Shown: piece after piece, positions 27,131 to 44,892 of the stretch
How positions within the stretch are numbered: the stretch's first letter is position 1
How the letters are laid out: each line of letters begins with the position of its first letter
Assembly (NCBI RefSeq): GCF_009914755.1
Contig: NC_060938.1
Strand: one strand, 5' to 3'
Length of the DNA: 64,000 nucleotides
From: the human T2T-CHM13v2.0 reference genome, Homo sapiens
Notes under the pieces: model-generated
The model's database searches: none
Told to the model about the DNA's origin: nothing
What the model saw: only the letters and a program-made list of their open reading frames with translations
Position numbers and translations under genes: made by a program

Positions 27131-28090
27131 CATTTTTTTATTCTCTGTTCAAAGTTATAACATATCTCCTCTAAACATAAAGCAGCTCTTTTCAACTATC
27201 CAACGCATTCCTTTCTATCTAGTTATCTGAAATATGTTGAATATTCAGCAAGTCTATGCAGAATCCCATTAATGTTTAGATATTGGTATTTTCATTGAAT
27301 TTGGATAAAAATGGAGTTTAAATAGTTATGTACTGAATATTGACTTAATGTACTTAATAAAATATTTTATTTTTGTAAAAATTGAAATACTTCATTTACA
27401 ATAATGTAATGCTGAAGTATAAATCTTTATTAAATGCAAATTTAAATAAGTAGCCCTATAAAATTCCTGCCTGTTGATGCTAGAATATAAGTTGTTCTTG
27501 ATTTGGAAGAACATTTGTTTTTATAGTATTCATAACCTCTTGAATTATTAGAGAATATATGGAATCATTGTTGTGTTTAAACTGCTTTCCCTTGCACAGC
27601 AATATTTCATTGTTGAAGTGAAATGTATTATTTTTTAAAGAAATGCATTTAATGGTAATGCATATATTTTTGAGAGCCATGTTGTTTGTAGCTTCTATGA
27701 TGTTTATATGAATAGGATATTTAAAAAAAATTTGTATTTCTTATTCTTGCATACAGTATCTTTTAAAATATTAGGAAGAGCCCAGCTTAGAGAATTATAT
27801 CCCTTCTTGGAAGTAGACTTAAACAAAATGAAGCACTGCCAAAATCCAGATTAATGACTTGTGATGTGATTCTGTGTTAACTGCATCAACCAGGCAAGTC
27901 CTCTAAACTTTACTTGTATATTAAAGGAAAAAAAAAAATACCACTATATTAGGCCATTATAGAGTTTTAGATAGAGAGGAGAGAAATAGAAATCCCCTCA
28001 CCTCCCTTCAGGGAGGAACAAAGCAGGTAGAAAAGGGAATGTTGTTGAGGTATCTTTAATAATGCGATTATGTAAATAAGCAGAGTATGT

Positions 28091-28365
28091 GTGGCAGATT
28101 GTATTGTTTAAAATGTTTGCTGCCCCTCTCCCTGTGGAAGGATTCTGTATATCTGACCAACTGCCATCAAGTTTAACTATGAGACTTGCTTTAAGCAATA
28201 TAAGTGAACGTAAATGTTGTGTGAGAGCCATCAGAAGCTTCTGCTGTAATGGTGATGTGGGGCAGAGCATTGGCATTTAACCTAAAGAGGAAATTAACAT
28301 TTTTCTTTAAGTCACTGAGATTTGAAGATTAGTTTTTACAGCAATATAATTTAGCATATATGATA
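28091..28365 (+). mobile_element. MLT1H/I/J-like MaLR solo LTR (internally deleted)
   Basis: Starts 'tgtggcagattgtatt', has 'tatgagacttgcttta' and the MLT1 end 'ttaagtcactgagatttg...ttacagcaata'. Confidence 0.7.
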
Positions 28366-28719
28366 TTGTTTATCACTTTTTGCTAACCTCGGCACTGAAA
28401 AAGACTCCATTTAGCACTCATCTCATAGTATAAATAGGAGAAATAAACTTTCAGAAAAAATAATTAGTACATTCAGAAAAGTATCCTTTCTTATCAAAAT
28501 TTTGAGTAGGCTCCCAGGAAAACCTACTTACAGGATGAAAGGAAACAAAGACCAAACAATGTGCCCCTTATCAGAGGACCAGTGTCTTGGAAATCACTCA
28601 GTAAGACAATAAAAAGTAAATAGAAATTAATATATAAACTTCGAGGGAGAAATAATTTTATAATTTTATAAATTCAGTTGTATTTCTTATTTGTGATTCA
28701 TTTATCAATGGAGCTCATA

Positions 28720-29400
28720 TTTAGTTTTTTTCTTACTCTGTATGCCCTTTAGACAACACACAATGTATATTACTACCCATAGGTGAATGGTTCTAGAGCT
28801 AGTTTTTACTTTGTCTTTTATGTTTTAGACACATATAAACTGCTACTAAATATCTCTATATGATATTCCAAAGGCAATTTCCTTTGTGAGTAGTAACAGC
28901 ATTCTTCTAATACTTAGACCAAAATCACAGGAGTTATTCCACGGACCTCTCCCATTCAATTAATGGTTAATAAATCCATTTAATTATATTTATTTAACCT
29001 TCCTCTGATTAGAGCTTCTATTGCCCATAATCCCCAATGTTTCACCTGTATTGTTACATTCATATTTTAGTTTCTTTACCTTTAGGCTCACTACATATAT
29101 ATCTATCCTCAACATAAGCAAGTGAAAGGTCTGTCAGAAATGTAAATTTAACCATATAAGTGCCTCTTCTGTTTCTAAACTTAGTAAATCTCCATTTACC
29201 AAAACAAACGATCAAACTTTGCAGCACATAATTGCAAGCTTTCATGATCTTCTTTCTTTATTTCTCTGAAATAATTTTCTACCTCTTCCTTCATAGGACC
29301 TACATATTTACCATTCACTTGCAAAATACTTCATCATAAAGCACAGACTATATGCATATATGTCAAAATACGGTAAAAGAATACTCAAGAATACTAAAAG
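28720..29400 (+). mobile_element. Degenerate LINE-2 fragment
   Basis: Scattered L2-like motifs ('tacttagaccaaaatcacaggagttattc', 'ttcacctgtattgttaca'). Confidence 0.4.
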
Positions 29401-31849
29401 ATAGTATTTCTTCCATATTTAATTGTAAAGCATTTCACTTGTAATCTTCAGCAAGTTTGTTTCAGTTACTTGTTTGTTTTCTCATGACACTGATCCATAT
29501 GGTATCAGGACAAAGAAGCTAAGTACTGATAGTCCCTGACACCATGAAAAATAATCTCAACCACAAATAATCAATCTATTCTCATTGCACATTGAAGCAG
29601 ATTTCAGAAGTGTGTTTTTCCATAGTGTCTATACAGATACAAAAATGTGTTGTTGTTTCATTGTATGTGCACACAAAGCTTGCGGAATACAGTTTTTTTA
29701 AAGCATATTCCGTTCGTATCTTATAAAGGTGATTAATTTAAACTTACAAAATATTTTAAATGAATGATTCAAGTTGTACACAAATAAAAAATTTAGGAGA
29801 AGTGGCTTATATATGTGCCTCAAGCTTAAGAAACAGCTCTCTATTCTCATTGTTCGTCACAACAGGGGGTTGCAATGGATGAATGGCTTTGAGATCACAT
29901 TAAATGCCTTGAAGCTTTATCCAGATGCTAGAATAAAAACTTAGACAACATATTCCACTCTTGTGGAAATCAGTCCTTTACAAATCTAGGTGCAAAGATT
30001 CACTGCAGGGTATTAAAAAAAACCTGCAGAGCCACTGGACCAGTTAATGATGTCTCCCTCTTCTTAATCATAATTTTAATCATCATAAAACTATAAAGCA
30101 AGAATTCAGACAACAGTAAGGGAAAATAAATAAATGCATTTGATTATGTTTCAGTCTTCTGAATCCTGACACACAGTTGAAATAAATGTGATTCTTACGT
30201 TTCCATACACATTAACAACAAAAGCAAGTAATGGCAGTAATTTTGCCTATTATGAGAAAGATAATTTTTTTAAACTCCTCAAAATCAGATTCACCTTTTG
30301 CTCTGTCTTATATTAACAAGTCTTTGTTCTTATATTTTGAAAACTGTATTTTCTAATATGTAAAGGTAATTTATCTTGTTTTTAATATTTCCTGGATATG
30401 CATTTTAGGTGAAAATATTTTGTTTTATTTCTCAATAATTATAAGCAAAATACAATTTATTTTTATTCTCCCATTTCATTATTGAACCTGTGCTCTAGTG
30501 ACAACAATTAATTTTAATACTCATCTAGGCAAATCTGTCTCTGAAAATTAACCGTTTTATTGTGCAATATCATTATCACATCCCAAAAGCAAACAAATTA
30601 TTTTTTCTGAACTGCATTAGTGCTTCTTCTCCATTCAGTCGAATAATTGAGTTAATGTTGCAATACCTCAATATTTATTGAGATTGCCTCAACTTGCAGG
30701 GAGGCCATCGACTGTTTGAAGCCCCAGATTGCATTGAGCATGTTAATAAGGAACAGAGCAAAAGAGAAATATTGACAAAACAAAAATAAAAATAAAACAA
30801 AGAAAAACAAACAAAAAGGTTAAAATGTTTTTATACCCTGCATAAGTAAGAGGGTAAAGGAGAGATAAAAGCTACAAACACAAGTTTCTGGAAACAGTAG
30901 TTTGTACTATTTCTCCTGGTTTTTTTTCTTTTTTTCCTTCAATTCATTTCACCACCTACCATAACCCAATTTTTTCTCCCCATTAAATGTTCTATATTAT
31001 TTTATAAGTGAAGTGATCAATTATAAAATCCCTCATATTTCTCACCACCTCTTGGAATGTACTTAAGTCCACATCTAGTATGAAGTCAACTCTATCATTT
31101 ATATTCATTATTTAAAACTTCTGCTCAGGCAATATTTGTGTAGCCCCTATAGGCCTCAACAGTTTAAAACTCTCAGTCTCAACAAATTATTTTCTTTAAA
31201 AACTAGGAATATGTGTTTACATCTCAAAGAAAAAGGAAATTCAAAAATAGAAACATCTTATAGAAGTTTATTCATGCAACATGAAACACTTCAAAAAAAG
31301 ACTAAACAGAAATGAAAAAGGACTATACCAACATCTACCAAATTTTTTTTAAAAAATGGAGGTTAGGGGAGAAAGATAATATACTTAACTTTTTAAAAAG
31401 AGGATCAAATAAATAAATAAATGATCTTGGACTGGCACACAGAGCCAGAGAAAGACTTCTCCTCAATGTGTATCAACTCCTCAAAATCCACACTATGGAG
31501 GTGACTAAATCTGTGAAGTTTCCGTAACATGCCAACATCTTAAGATGAACCAATTAGATGGAGGCCTATATGTGTTTGGACTATTGAAGTTGACTGCTGG
31601 GAGATCAGGAATACAGATAATGATTCTGATTCTCTAAAAAGGAAATGAAGTCTTGACAGAATAATCCAAATGCTAAGGATATGGTACATAACAAATGTTT
31701 GTAGTGCCATTATATACATATTTTTAAAATTAACCCAGTAAGAAAACAGAGAAGCATCCAGGTAGTCTACAGGCATCCTCACTGAGCAAACTCCTCTCAT
31801 ATTACCTTTTCTTTAGCTACAAGAAGGTCATAAAACACAAAATTCCTTG

Positions 31850-32560
31850 CCCTCACAGTATATTGAAAGGAAAGTCAAACTAGTCTGAGATACCTTAAAA
31901 AGAGAACCAAAAGTTTATGAAAGATTATGTATGGACAGAAACATGCAAGCACAAATAATATAAAAAGATATAAAATGAAAATGTTCAAAATACTGCAATA
32001 TGAAATAAAAGAAGAAACAAAAGATATACATAAAGGTTGCCACAACAAGAAAAATAAGGAACTCAAGAAACTTTTGTAAGTCAATGAAATAAAAAGCATA
32101 AGTTCTTAACATGAGATGATTAATTAAAAATTAATATGAAAGGTAAAATTCCAAACTTAAGAAGACATATTAAGAATGAAGACAATATCATCAAATACTT
32201 AAAAAATAAATTCAAATTAACAGTACAGATAATTGCAACAGTACTGAAAACAGAATTATTCCAAATAGGGCTTTGAAAGTCACAGTGAATAGAGATGAAA
32301 AATGACAAATTAATTAATCAGTTAAAAATAAAGAAATACATATGGAAGACAAAGGAAATTTAACATATAATATAATCAATATTTCTGAAGCAGAGAAGTC
32401 AACAAATGGCAAGGATTTATTTAACTAGATACTACAAAAGAATTTCCTTGAAATTGGGGGAGTTATAAAACTGAGTTTTGTTACTATGCACTCTGCTTAG
32501 AGGAATTTGATACAGAATGTTCAGTTCAAGATATTTCATACATCAGTTTTTGTTCCTTGA
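31850..32560 (+). mobile_element. Ancient HAL1/L1M ORF1-like fragment
   Basis: Strongly A-biased strand with ORF1-like remnants ('atatggaagacaaagg', 'tttctgaagcagagaa', 'aagaatttccttgaaat'). Confidence 0.55.
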
Positions 32561-32785
32561 CTATAACAAATTTGGTGAGCAAAACAAAAAAAATTTATTT
32601 CACAAAGCTTTCACACGTCTTTTGGAAATATGGTATAAAATGTGCCAAGCCAATGGCAGAGTTAATTCTAGTTGATTTGGACAGGGCAGTTTCTATGTTC
32701 TTCTTTTAACTTATCTGTATTTTTATAGTGTCTGCAGCTATTCTATGAATTGACATTTTCTTTTGCTAACTCCCTTATCAGCTAA

Positions 32786-33396
<611 letters not shown>

Positions 33397-33489
33397 AAGA
33401 ATGTATACTTTTTAAAATATGTAAAATAAATTGTACCATATAGCAATTATATGGCTTTAGATACATTGAAAAAGCAATTTAAAATTTTA

Positions 33490-33650
33490 GCATATGGAAT
33501 GTAAAATTAGACAGATTCTGTTTAAGTCTAGCCTGTGTTACCTAATCCCTCAATGACTTTGTGAGTTTTACTTATACACCCTACACTTTAGTTCCTCTAA
33601 CTATACAATGTGGATAATAATATCTACCTCAGAGGGTTATCATAAGGTAT
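33490..33650 (+). mobile_element. MIR SINE fragment
   Basis: MIR core-like 'tagttcctctaactatacaatgtggataataatatctacctcagagggtt'. Confidence 0.7.
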
Positions 33651-33779
33651 GACCACAGCTTTATATTCTGCCTGTAATAACTACAGGATACAAGTTTGTT
33701 CTTAATGCTATTTTTATTTTCTATTTATTCTTCTCTTGTTTTATAAGTCAAAATCACATCTGGAGAAAGATTTAGATAG

Positions 33780-33955
33780 CAGTGGTGTTCAATGCTGTGT
33801 ACACATTAGAACCACTAGGGAAGCTTTTTAAAAACACAGATGCCAGAATCCTATCACCAGGGATTCTTATATAATTGGCCTTGAGAGAGAATGAAACCTC
33901 AATATTTTTATTTTCCCCGGGTGACTATTTTGTGCATCCAAGTTTGAGATCCACT
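33780..33955. mobile_element. MER5-type hAT-Charlie MITE
   Basis: Terminal 'cagtggtgttcaa' and 'tttgagatccact' inverted ends; internal 'acattagaaccactagggaagcttt'. Confidence 0.75.
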
Positions 33956-34074
33956 TATTTAAAAACACTTCAGTTTGTACCATCTGACTAGTTTACTTTC
34001 ACATTCTTTAAATCCTGTCATTGACGTTTTGTTGAGTTGTGTCTACCCTATAAAACATTAGCAATCTATGAAAC

Positions 34075-34718
34075 ACAAATCCTTGTCAATTTTACCTCTC
34101 AAATATTTTTAAGCCAAATTTCGACTCAGTTTTCCTCATATTAGCAGTCTGGCCTTCATCATCTCCTACCTGGATTACTGCATAATTTCCCACTGCTCTC
34201 TCTTTCCAGGCTTGCTCTTTATAAATTTCTTTTTCAGGCTAGAATGAAACTCTCACTCACCTACTAAAACTTCTCAATGCTTATTTATCATAGAGGATGG
34301 AGCACAAATTCTGTGCTTTGTTCTTCAGTGTCCTTTATCACGTTTCCCCTTTTAAATAATTAAATTGAACACACAATCTGTATTCAAGCACCACCAAGTG
34401 CATTGTAGTGCCATAACTTTACACACAGTGTTGCTTTTTCTTCTTCTTTAAATGCCCTTCCTTCGTTTGTTTTCTTGTATCATCCTTTGATATTTATCTC
34501 AGAAATTCAGGCCTCCTGCAAAACCCCCAAACTCACTGTGTCAGGCAAACAGTGCATCTCCTATGCTCTTAAAGTTATCATTGTATTAATCACTTTATTA
34601 AAGTAATTCTTTTAGACAATATGTTCTTCAATGAAGGTGTGGTGTCTATCTCATCTTTGTATATTCAAAGCTTAACATACTCCTGTGGCAATCAGTAATG
34701 TGAGTTGATTAAAATGAT
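34075..34718 (+). mobile_element. LINE-2 3' fragment
   Basis: 'catcatctcctacctggattactgcata', 'aatgcccttcct', 'tctcatctttgtatattc' are characteristic of L2. Confidence 0.7.
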
Positions 34719-36245
34719 TCAAGGAGCATAAAATTATAATATCAGTAGAGACTTCATAGCTTCTGGAGTAGAAATTCCCTAAATGACAAGTAAGAACATT
34801 TTTACCAAGCTTTTAAGAATCTTTTAGTATTATAGCTAAAATTAACTTTAGGGTTACCACATACAAGGATGGTAATGTATTGCATATTCTACAGAGTCAG
34901 GCTTTATGCCTTGGGATATACACATGGTATCTCACCCACTTGAACTGCACAGGTCGTATGTGGTGGCTCAGATTAGCTGGACCCAAATATGCTTATACAT
35001 TGAAGCAATAACTTTTTAAGTTATATATTTTATTATGGTTACAAATTTATAGAAAAATAGCAATCTCAAGTTAAGCCTAATAACTTTTAAAATTGATAGA
35101 ATTGAAAGTGTATATATTTTTAATTTTATAATCCTTGACTCTTTACTACAATGGCTATTCAACATGAAACCCCCATTTAATAACTCATCACTTAAATAAA
35201 AGTAATCCTTTTTCTCTTCAAAGTAATTTACTTAATTTAATCATGAGAAATAAATTTGTAAAATGATGTTATCAGAAATCATAAATTTAAAACTGACCAG
35301 ATTTTAACATATATTTTTTCTTGTAATTGATTTACACAAGTGTTACAGAAAAGCATTACATTTGTTTTTCTCATTGAAAAGATCTTTGGTTCTTTCCCTA
35401 CCCAGCAGCCCTATACCTTGCCTTAATGCTATGTATAGCTGGAGTTTATCTCATACCATGAATAGCCAAGCATCACATGGAATATATCCTAAGAAATATT
35501 CCATAAAAATGAACTTGATGGGATCATGACAGAGATGGCAGATCTACAAATTTTAAGAATTGGAGACTATCTCATAGACTTTGTTGAGATCACAATCAGT
35601 TCTCAACTTCAATGTGGTACATTTACAAGCATTGCAAACAGTGTGAGATCCCAGCACAGATGTCAAACCAGAAATTATGTGACTTGAATGGCTTGGAATA
35701 ATGGCCCATTTGGGGCATCCAGCACTTCCACTGTTGGGTAAGTACTGTTGTCAACAGTCACACTGTCCAAGTGGATGATGCACCCTTGACATTCAAGTCC
35801 TATAAAAATAACTCCAGTATTCTGTTACAATTTTTTCAGTTGCAAAAATCTTCTTAATGCTGGTACTAATTTGCTTGATATTTTTCCTGCATCTTTTATA
35901 GCTTTAAAGTGGGGAATTGATTTTGGTAACACAAACAGATATTTCATTTTATTGAATAAAAGAAAGACATTGCAAATATAGCTGCCAATTCTTTTAGAGA
36001 CTACTTTCAAATTCAACAAAGTTGAATAGTCAGTTACAAAATATTCGCTTCTCATGGGTATGGCAAAGTCTTCTTTTTGTTCATTTACATGGCATCTTTT
36101 GTTTTCAAGTTACTACAAAGATTATCAATGAAAACGAGTTTATTTTTGGACTTCAATTTCCCCAAGAGCCAAGCAAAATTAAGGAACCACTTTCCCAGTT
36201 TAGAAGCTTTCTTCTCAAACTCAATGATTCTCGGTATTTCACCAC

Positions 36246-36328
36246 TTTTTTTAATGTTTATTTTTAATTTTTGTGGGTATATATTAGGTGTATATGGTAT
36301 ATGAGATGTTTTGATACAGGCATGTATA
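36246..36328 (-). mobile_element. L1MA 3' terminal fragment
   Basis: 'tttttaatttttgtgggtatatattaggtgtatat...atgagatgttttgatacaggcatg' is the L1MA1-4 type 3' end. Confidence 0.75.
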
Positions 36329-36954
36329 GACTATATGAGCAGTAAAAGGGAACCTACCAAAAGTACACTTATGGCTAAGACATTGAAAGGCTATGTAACT
36401 CTGCATTTCACTCATAATCTACTCTAATAAAATAATCTAATGTCTGAATTAAGACATTGGCTTTTATTATCTATATGTTATAGAATTGAAAAAAATGTTT
36501 TCTCGAAATAGGAATAGTCAAGTAAATAATTATGTATCCTTATAATGAAATGAATGCATTCATTTATCAAGAGATGAAATAAATTTAAAGATAAATGCCT
36601 TTAATTTAGAATTAAGTAAAAAAGAAAGTACACAAAGTTGTATATAACATACTATATCAAATATGTAACAAAGTATGCATAGAAAAAATAGAAATTAACA
36701 CAAAAATGTTATGTAATTATTATCTATAGCAGAGAATCATGGATGATTTATATTACCTGAAAGTGCTTTGTATTTTCTATCCCCTTTTTTTGCTACAAAT
36801 CAATTTTATAATTCAAAAAATTAAAAAAAGAAAAAAACTATGTACATCATATTATTAATGATAGAAAATGTGCTTAAATGCTTGCTTTTTATTACTGTTA
36901 CAGTATACTTAGGTTGAAAGGTGATTATATATGAATATTTTAAAATACATATAA

Positions 36955-37162
36955 TTTTCTGTGTGCCAGACACCTTTTCTATCACTTCAAAAATATTAAC
37001 TCACTTAATCCTCATAACAACCCTAATGAGACTATTTCTATTATCATGCCTGTTTTATAAGTGGGAAAACCAAGGCATGGGATGCTAAGTAAGCAGCCTA
37101 CAAAAAAACACATCTTTGGTGGGGGAGCTGAGATTTCAGAGTCTGTGCTATGAACTACTATG
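36955..37162 (-). mobile_element. MIR SINE
   Basis: 'tgtgtgccagacac...aactcacttaatcctcataacaacccta...gaaaaccaaggca' is the antisense MIR core. Confidence 0.85.
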
Positions 37163-37322
37163 ATGTTCCCATTTATAAAGATTATAACATTTTATCTCTT
37201 TTTAAAGTAATTGATTATTGTAATTTATTAAATAATAAAATTGGCATTTCTCAAAAACCAAATTAACATTTATAAAACCAGCCTACGAAGAAAACAATTA
37301 TTTTACTTTTAGTGATACTATT

Positions 37323-39900
<2,578 letters not shown>

Positions 39901-40564
39901 CTATCCTAACCTAAATAGCCATTTTATTTTAATAAACTTAATATACTTGATGCCTCTCAAGAATCATGTTCTTAAAATGTATAGTCACTTAATTTGGCCT
40001 TAAATAATTTATAGACCATTGTTTTAATATTTTGTTAAAATGCTACTGATTACTAGTTATCATAGCCAGCAATTTGTAGAATCTATGGGAAAAATTTTCC
40101 TTTACATTGGCCTTAGAAGAGTTTTTTAATTGAAGACACACTTTTGAGAGAGACTGCTGAGCTTGAGTTATAAATGATAAGTCCTTTTTATCACAGCTGG
40201 TTCAGTTTAATCACTCAGCATGGATAACCACGTGATGAAATGTATTTCTCCTTTGTGCATATTACTAAGCATTATTATTGGGAGATATTTAAATTTGTTT
40301 CTTTGCAGCTGCCAAATATGCCTTGTTATATATTGCTTAAACATGAGTTCTAAGAACATGAATAAACAGTGTTTTTTATAACAATAGCTTTCACTCTCAC
40401 AAGGAAGTTGCCTGTAATTTAGAAAGTTTTCAACTGAAAACATAAAAAACTATGCTAAATAAGCCCCACACCAGAACAGATGTTCTGCTGCTTGGTTTTC
40501 AAGAAGTTTACATAATTTAAGTCATGTACAGTTTCAATAAACATATTTCCATAAACATAGATTC

Positions 40565-40670
40565 TTTTCATTCTCAACATCAAACATTTACTATGGCTTG
40601 ATATGTGCTGCAAATTCTGCTAGATATTATAATGCAAAGTAACAGCCTCTAGCCCCTGTTCTCAAAATTA
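40565..40670 (-). mobile_element. LINE-2 3' end fragment
   Basis: 'caaacatttact...tatgtgctg...gcccctgttctcaa' resembles the antisense L2 tail. Confidence 0.5.
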
Positions 40671-41179
40671 TGGGACCAGATAAAGCATTGCAAATCAGAT
40701 GGCTGGATGATTGGATAAATAGAAAAATGACTAGTAGTTAGATAAACAGATAGATAATGCAGGAACTTGGAATCTAAAATTTTAGTTGAATATTTTATTG
40801 ACAAGAAGAACTTTCAGAATTATGCAGTTGTAACATTAGGCTAAATGGAAATACAGTAAAAAAAATATGTAAAACATACCATAGAGGTGATAATTATTAA
40901 ACAATAAATGGCTGTGTCATTACTGTAAGATGGGAAGAGCAATAGATTTTGAATTTACTGTTGTGTTCACTGGGTCTTGGTTAATCACTCTTTGAATGTT
41001 TATGATAAATATGGGTTTTAGAAGGAAGGTAACATAAAGCAACTGCTTCAGGAAATCAAGAGCACTAACAAATGCTAAGCTTTAAGGAAAACTTTCCCAA
41101 CAGGGTATAACTTGAGCTGGAAACATTTTCACAAATATTGTCAGAAAAATTAATTCACTGTCTTAGAAGACATAATTTT

Positions 41180-41830
41180 CTTACTTAAATTATTGCAAGT
41201 TTTCAAATTATAGAGAAGAAAACAATCTTCCTAATCAGACCCATTATGCCAGAATATCTCTGATTCTAAATATGAACAAGAAATGCACATCCCTACACAA
41301 ACATCACTCAGTGAATAAATATGCCAACAACCAACTTAAAGATGCAAGTCAAATTCATAAGCATATTTGAAAATTAGTAGTGATGCTTGTAAAGGTTTAT
41401 ACTGTTATTGGAAGTATGTTTTATAATTATAGTTTAAAAATAAAATTTACATTATTATTTTGGCAAAGAAAATTAGATAATCTCAGTATATGATAAAAAA
41501 TGAATCCAAAAAGATCTATCAAAAATTGAAGATAATATCATATAACATGGAAAAAATAACAAAATTAAAGCAACAATACAGCTAATAATGATATTATAGG
41601 GATCATCGAGATATTCCTAAAGCAAACTTTCTACACACATATTTGGCATGGTTCTTAAACTTCTGACTAATACCTAAACTTCAAATAAAAAGAGTTGAGA
41701 AAGTGGTATACAAGAAATTTACATAGGTAAATTTCTCAATAAATCCAATAAAAATAATTTGAGCTAGTAGGGTTGTATAAAGGTGCAAAACACAAAATAA
41801 ACATACTAAATTAAATAGTCATTGTTATGT
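41180..41830 (+). mobile_element. Ancient L1M(E) ORF2 fragments
   Basis: A-rich strand with degenerate ORF2-like segments ('caaattatagagaagaaaacaatcttcctaatc', 'aaggtgcaaaacacaaaataaacatac'). Confidence 0.45.
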
Positions 41831-41969
41831 GTAAGGTACTCAGGTCCTGCTTATGCTAGGTTTCACAATTTAATGTGCCTGCTAAACTAGTGGAAAGGAT
41901 TGTTATAACTATATGGGTATCTGAGGCCAAGAAGCTCCCAAAGGTGGGAAGAAATGATGTATAATTTTC

Positions 41970-42050
41970 ATACATATGTTATATATATGTATATATGTAT
42001 ATATATATACACATGTATATATGTATATATATATACACATATATATATAT
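41970..42050. repeat. (TA)n / (TATG)n microsatellite
   Basis: Visible directly. Confidence 0.95.
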
Positions 42051-42478
42051 CAAGGTGAAGGGAAGTCAGGCATCATATATTTGAGCAGACAGAAATAATA
42101 TGTCACAGTAACTTTATTTTCTGCCCAAAATTCATAGAATTCTATATAAATTGAAGGGAAAGGGATTTCTGAGTACAGACTAAAAGAGCATTTTCACTAA
42201 AAATTAATTTAGTCATTCAAGTACAGCTAACAATGACTGGTAGCAATTTAACACAGTACAGAACCAAAAGGGAGACAAGGTCTTCTTTCTCACTTTACCA
42301 TAGCTCTCTTTCATCCTGCTGCTGAATTTCATCTATGCTGCTAAAATGTATTATTAAACTAACGTACCAAGTATCAGAATAATGCACAGACATTCCATAT
42401 ATGTTTCTGTGCAACATGCTCACATGTGCATAAATAAATTATGTACTTACATAATTATAGGTCTGGAATGATGTATAC

Positions 42479-42552
42479 CAGGGCTCAGCAAACTATTGCC
42501 TACTACCCAAAGCCAGCCCACTGCCTGTTTTAATAAAGTTTTCTTGGAACAA
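42479..42552 (+). mobile_element. MER58-like hAT-Charlie fragment
   Basis: 'cagggctcagcaaactat...ccaaagccagcccactgcctgttttaataaagttttcttggaaca'. Confidence 0.7.
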
Positions 42553-42623
42553 ACCAGCTAATCTGAAATATAAGGAAAGCTAGGAGCTTCCAAGAAAAGG
42601 CAGGACAAAATGGCTTGCTTACA

Positions 42624-42790
42624 TGAGTATTATATTCCTGGGCTGCTGTAACAATTAGCACAACATGTTGAACTAAAAGAGCAGCAATGCATTCTCTCAC
42701 GGTTTTTCAGGCCAGAAGTCTGAAATCAGTTTGAATGGGCTGAAATCAAAATGCTGGTAGAGAGGCACTCTGTCTAGACGTTCTAGGCTC
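42624..42790 (-). mobile_element. MLT1D/E-like LTR fragment
   Basis: 'gggctgctgtaacaa...attctctcacggttt...aggccagaagtctgaaatca'. Confidence 0.75.
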
Positions 42791-43185
42791 TGCTCTATGA
42801 GGGCAGATCTCACCCCTGACAATCCGGAGACACAGTATCTGCTTAAATCTGAGGCTGAATCAGAAAGCAAGGAGAACTTGCCCACTCATGAAGACTTTGC
42901 AGCTAAACAAGAGCTAAGACAATAGGAAAAAATATTCCCTGAAGTGGAAGTGTAAAGGAAAGACTCAAAACCAAGGGTAGGTACACATTGAGATAAATCT
43001 GGCACACCAACCATCACAATAAACACAAGGTAACACTAGCAAAATTTGAAGCCTATGGTATTCTGAGGGTAACTGTAGCAAAAATAGTTCCCAAAGCAGC
43101 TCTACTCCTGATGAGATTAACTCAGTGCCCCATACTAAAGACCAAGAAGAGATAGAACAATGTATCATTTTAAAGAACATAAAGT
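42790..43185 (+). mobile_element. Old L1M (L1MC/MD-like) 5'UTR fragment
   Basis: 'aaaatttgaagcctatggt...gagggtaactgtagc...tgagattaactcag' resembles L1M 5' regions; recalled similarity only. Confidence 0.5.
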
Positions 43186-44892
43186 GATGTTACTAACAAA
43201 ATTACAATACATTTGGTGAGGGAAATCAGCAGCTTAACATATCACAATATTGGTGCTTGATATCATAATCAAAGTATCTTATTCCTAAGTAAAGAGATAA
43301 CCTAATGTCACATTCTATACATTTTCTACTTTCTCAAAAATTGTTAGAATAATTTTTAAAATTTATCACTTATTAAAGGAAAAATGTATTAAAATGTAAT
43401 TACATGCATGTAACATTTTAGCATTTTCATGTAACTATCTTGTTAACACAAAAAGTAAGCTTTCATTAATTATATCACAGTGCAGAGAAAGACAAATTAC
43501 TGTAAGAGAACAGTTGCATTTCACACTCACAATGTAAAACATCAATAAATGTCTGTAAACTGTAATAAGAGCTTATAGAAAGCAAGAGATTATTCACAAA
43601 GAACTGAAGAACTGGTCTTGTAGCTGAATACAGAATACCTGTATGAAAATCTCTAATTAAAGTCAAGTAAGAATGAGCTTAAGTGAAATAAGCTAGGTGC
43701 TTGGAGTTGAATACTCAACATTTCTGAGTAACAGAAGAATAACACTAGGAACAGAAATTCAGATAGAAGTAGCTTTTAAGTAGCATTATGTTTCACTAAA
43801 AACAGAGAGCATATGCTTGAGATAAAATTACAAGCTTGTTGAATTGATACATATAATTTTAAAGAGGTCTGTGGTATATATAAGAGAAAATAACTCAGTT
43901 ACTGATTATAATAACCATCCCCATGAATATCCTGAAGAAGAAATTTTCAAAGCTGGAATTAAACCTACATAATAATAAGGGATAATTGTTTTTTATGCTA
44001 AATTTTACTGTTTTATATCTTGGAGATTACTAATTTTTGAAACTTAAAATACCTAAAATTTAATTATGATTAACATTTCATAAGCCGTGGACCTGATTGA
44101 AAGTGATCTCTTGACTGTTTCATGGAATGACTAAATATTGTATTCCCTGACTGACAAGTTTTGTAATGTCAAGGTTATTTGACCAAATAAAATTGAAATT
44201 TCAAAAATAATTTCAATATTTATTTGCACAATGATGTCAAGTCATAACTATATTTTCTTTAAATCATCTCAAGAATAATTTACCACAAAATGTTGCAGAT
44301 TATTTGAAGTTATTTTGTCTAATTATTTATTTTTAGATGAAGTAAGTGAAAGAAAGAAAAACATAGTAATTTACCTAATGATAAAAAAGCCAAACTTGAA
44401 GACCACCAAAACCATGTTATGCCAGTTCTAATGAAGAATAATAAATCCTATATTTAAATTTTACAGTTGAAAAAAATTTTTTTGAAAAATACATCGTTAA
44501 TTAAATTTAATTTTTCTCAAACACTTTGTCTTTCAACTGGGAGCTCTCTGAGAGCAGAGATTTTTGTCTGTTTTTTATACTTCCTACTTTCTTGATATCT
44601 TTTTTTATTCAACATGAAGAACAGAGGCTGGCATTAAAAAATAAGCTTTGATAGTTGATTCTCAAATGCATGAATATATAAGTAACCTTTGATGTCTCTG
44701 GCAGAATTGACAGCAAAAAAGGAGGATAACTTTTATTGGCACTTGTAAGTTAGGTACATAAGAGTTGGAAGTATATTGCATAGTACTTAAAACTTAATTT
44801 AATGTGAACATGTAAATTCAAGAGTATCTTTTCAAAACTCAAAAAGAATCATATTATTTGCTTGTTTGTTTTTCAATAATTTTTATTAATAA

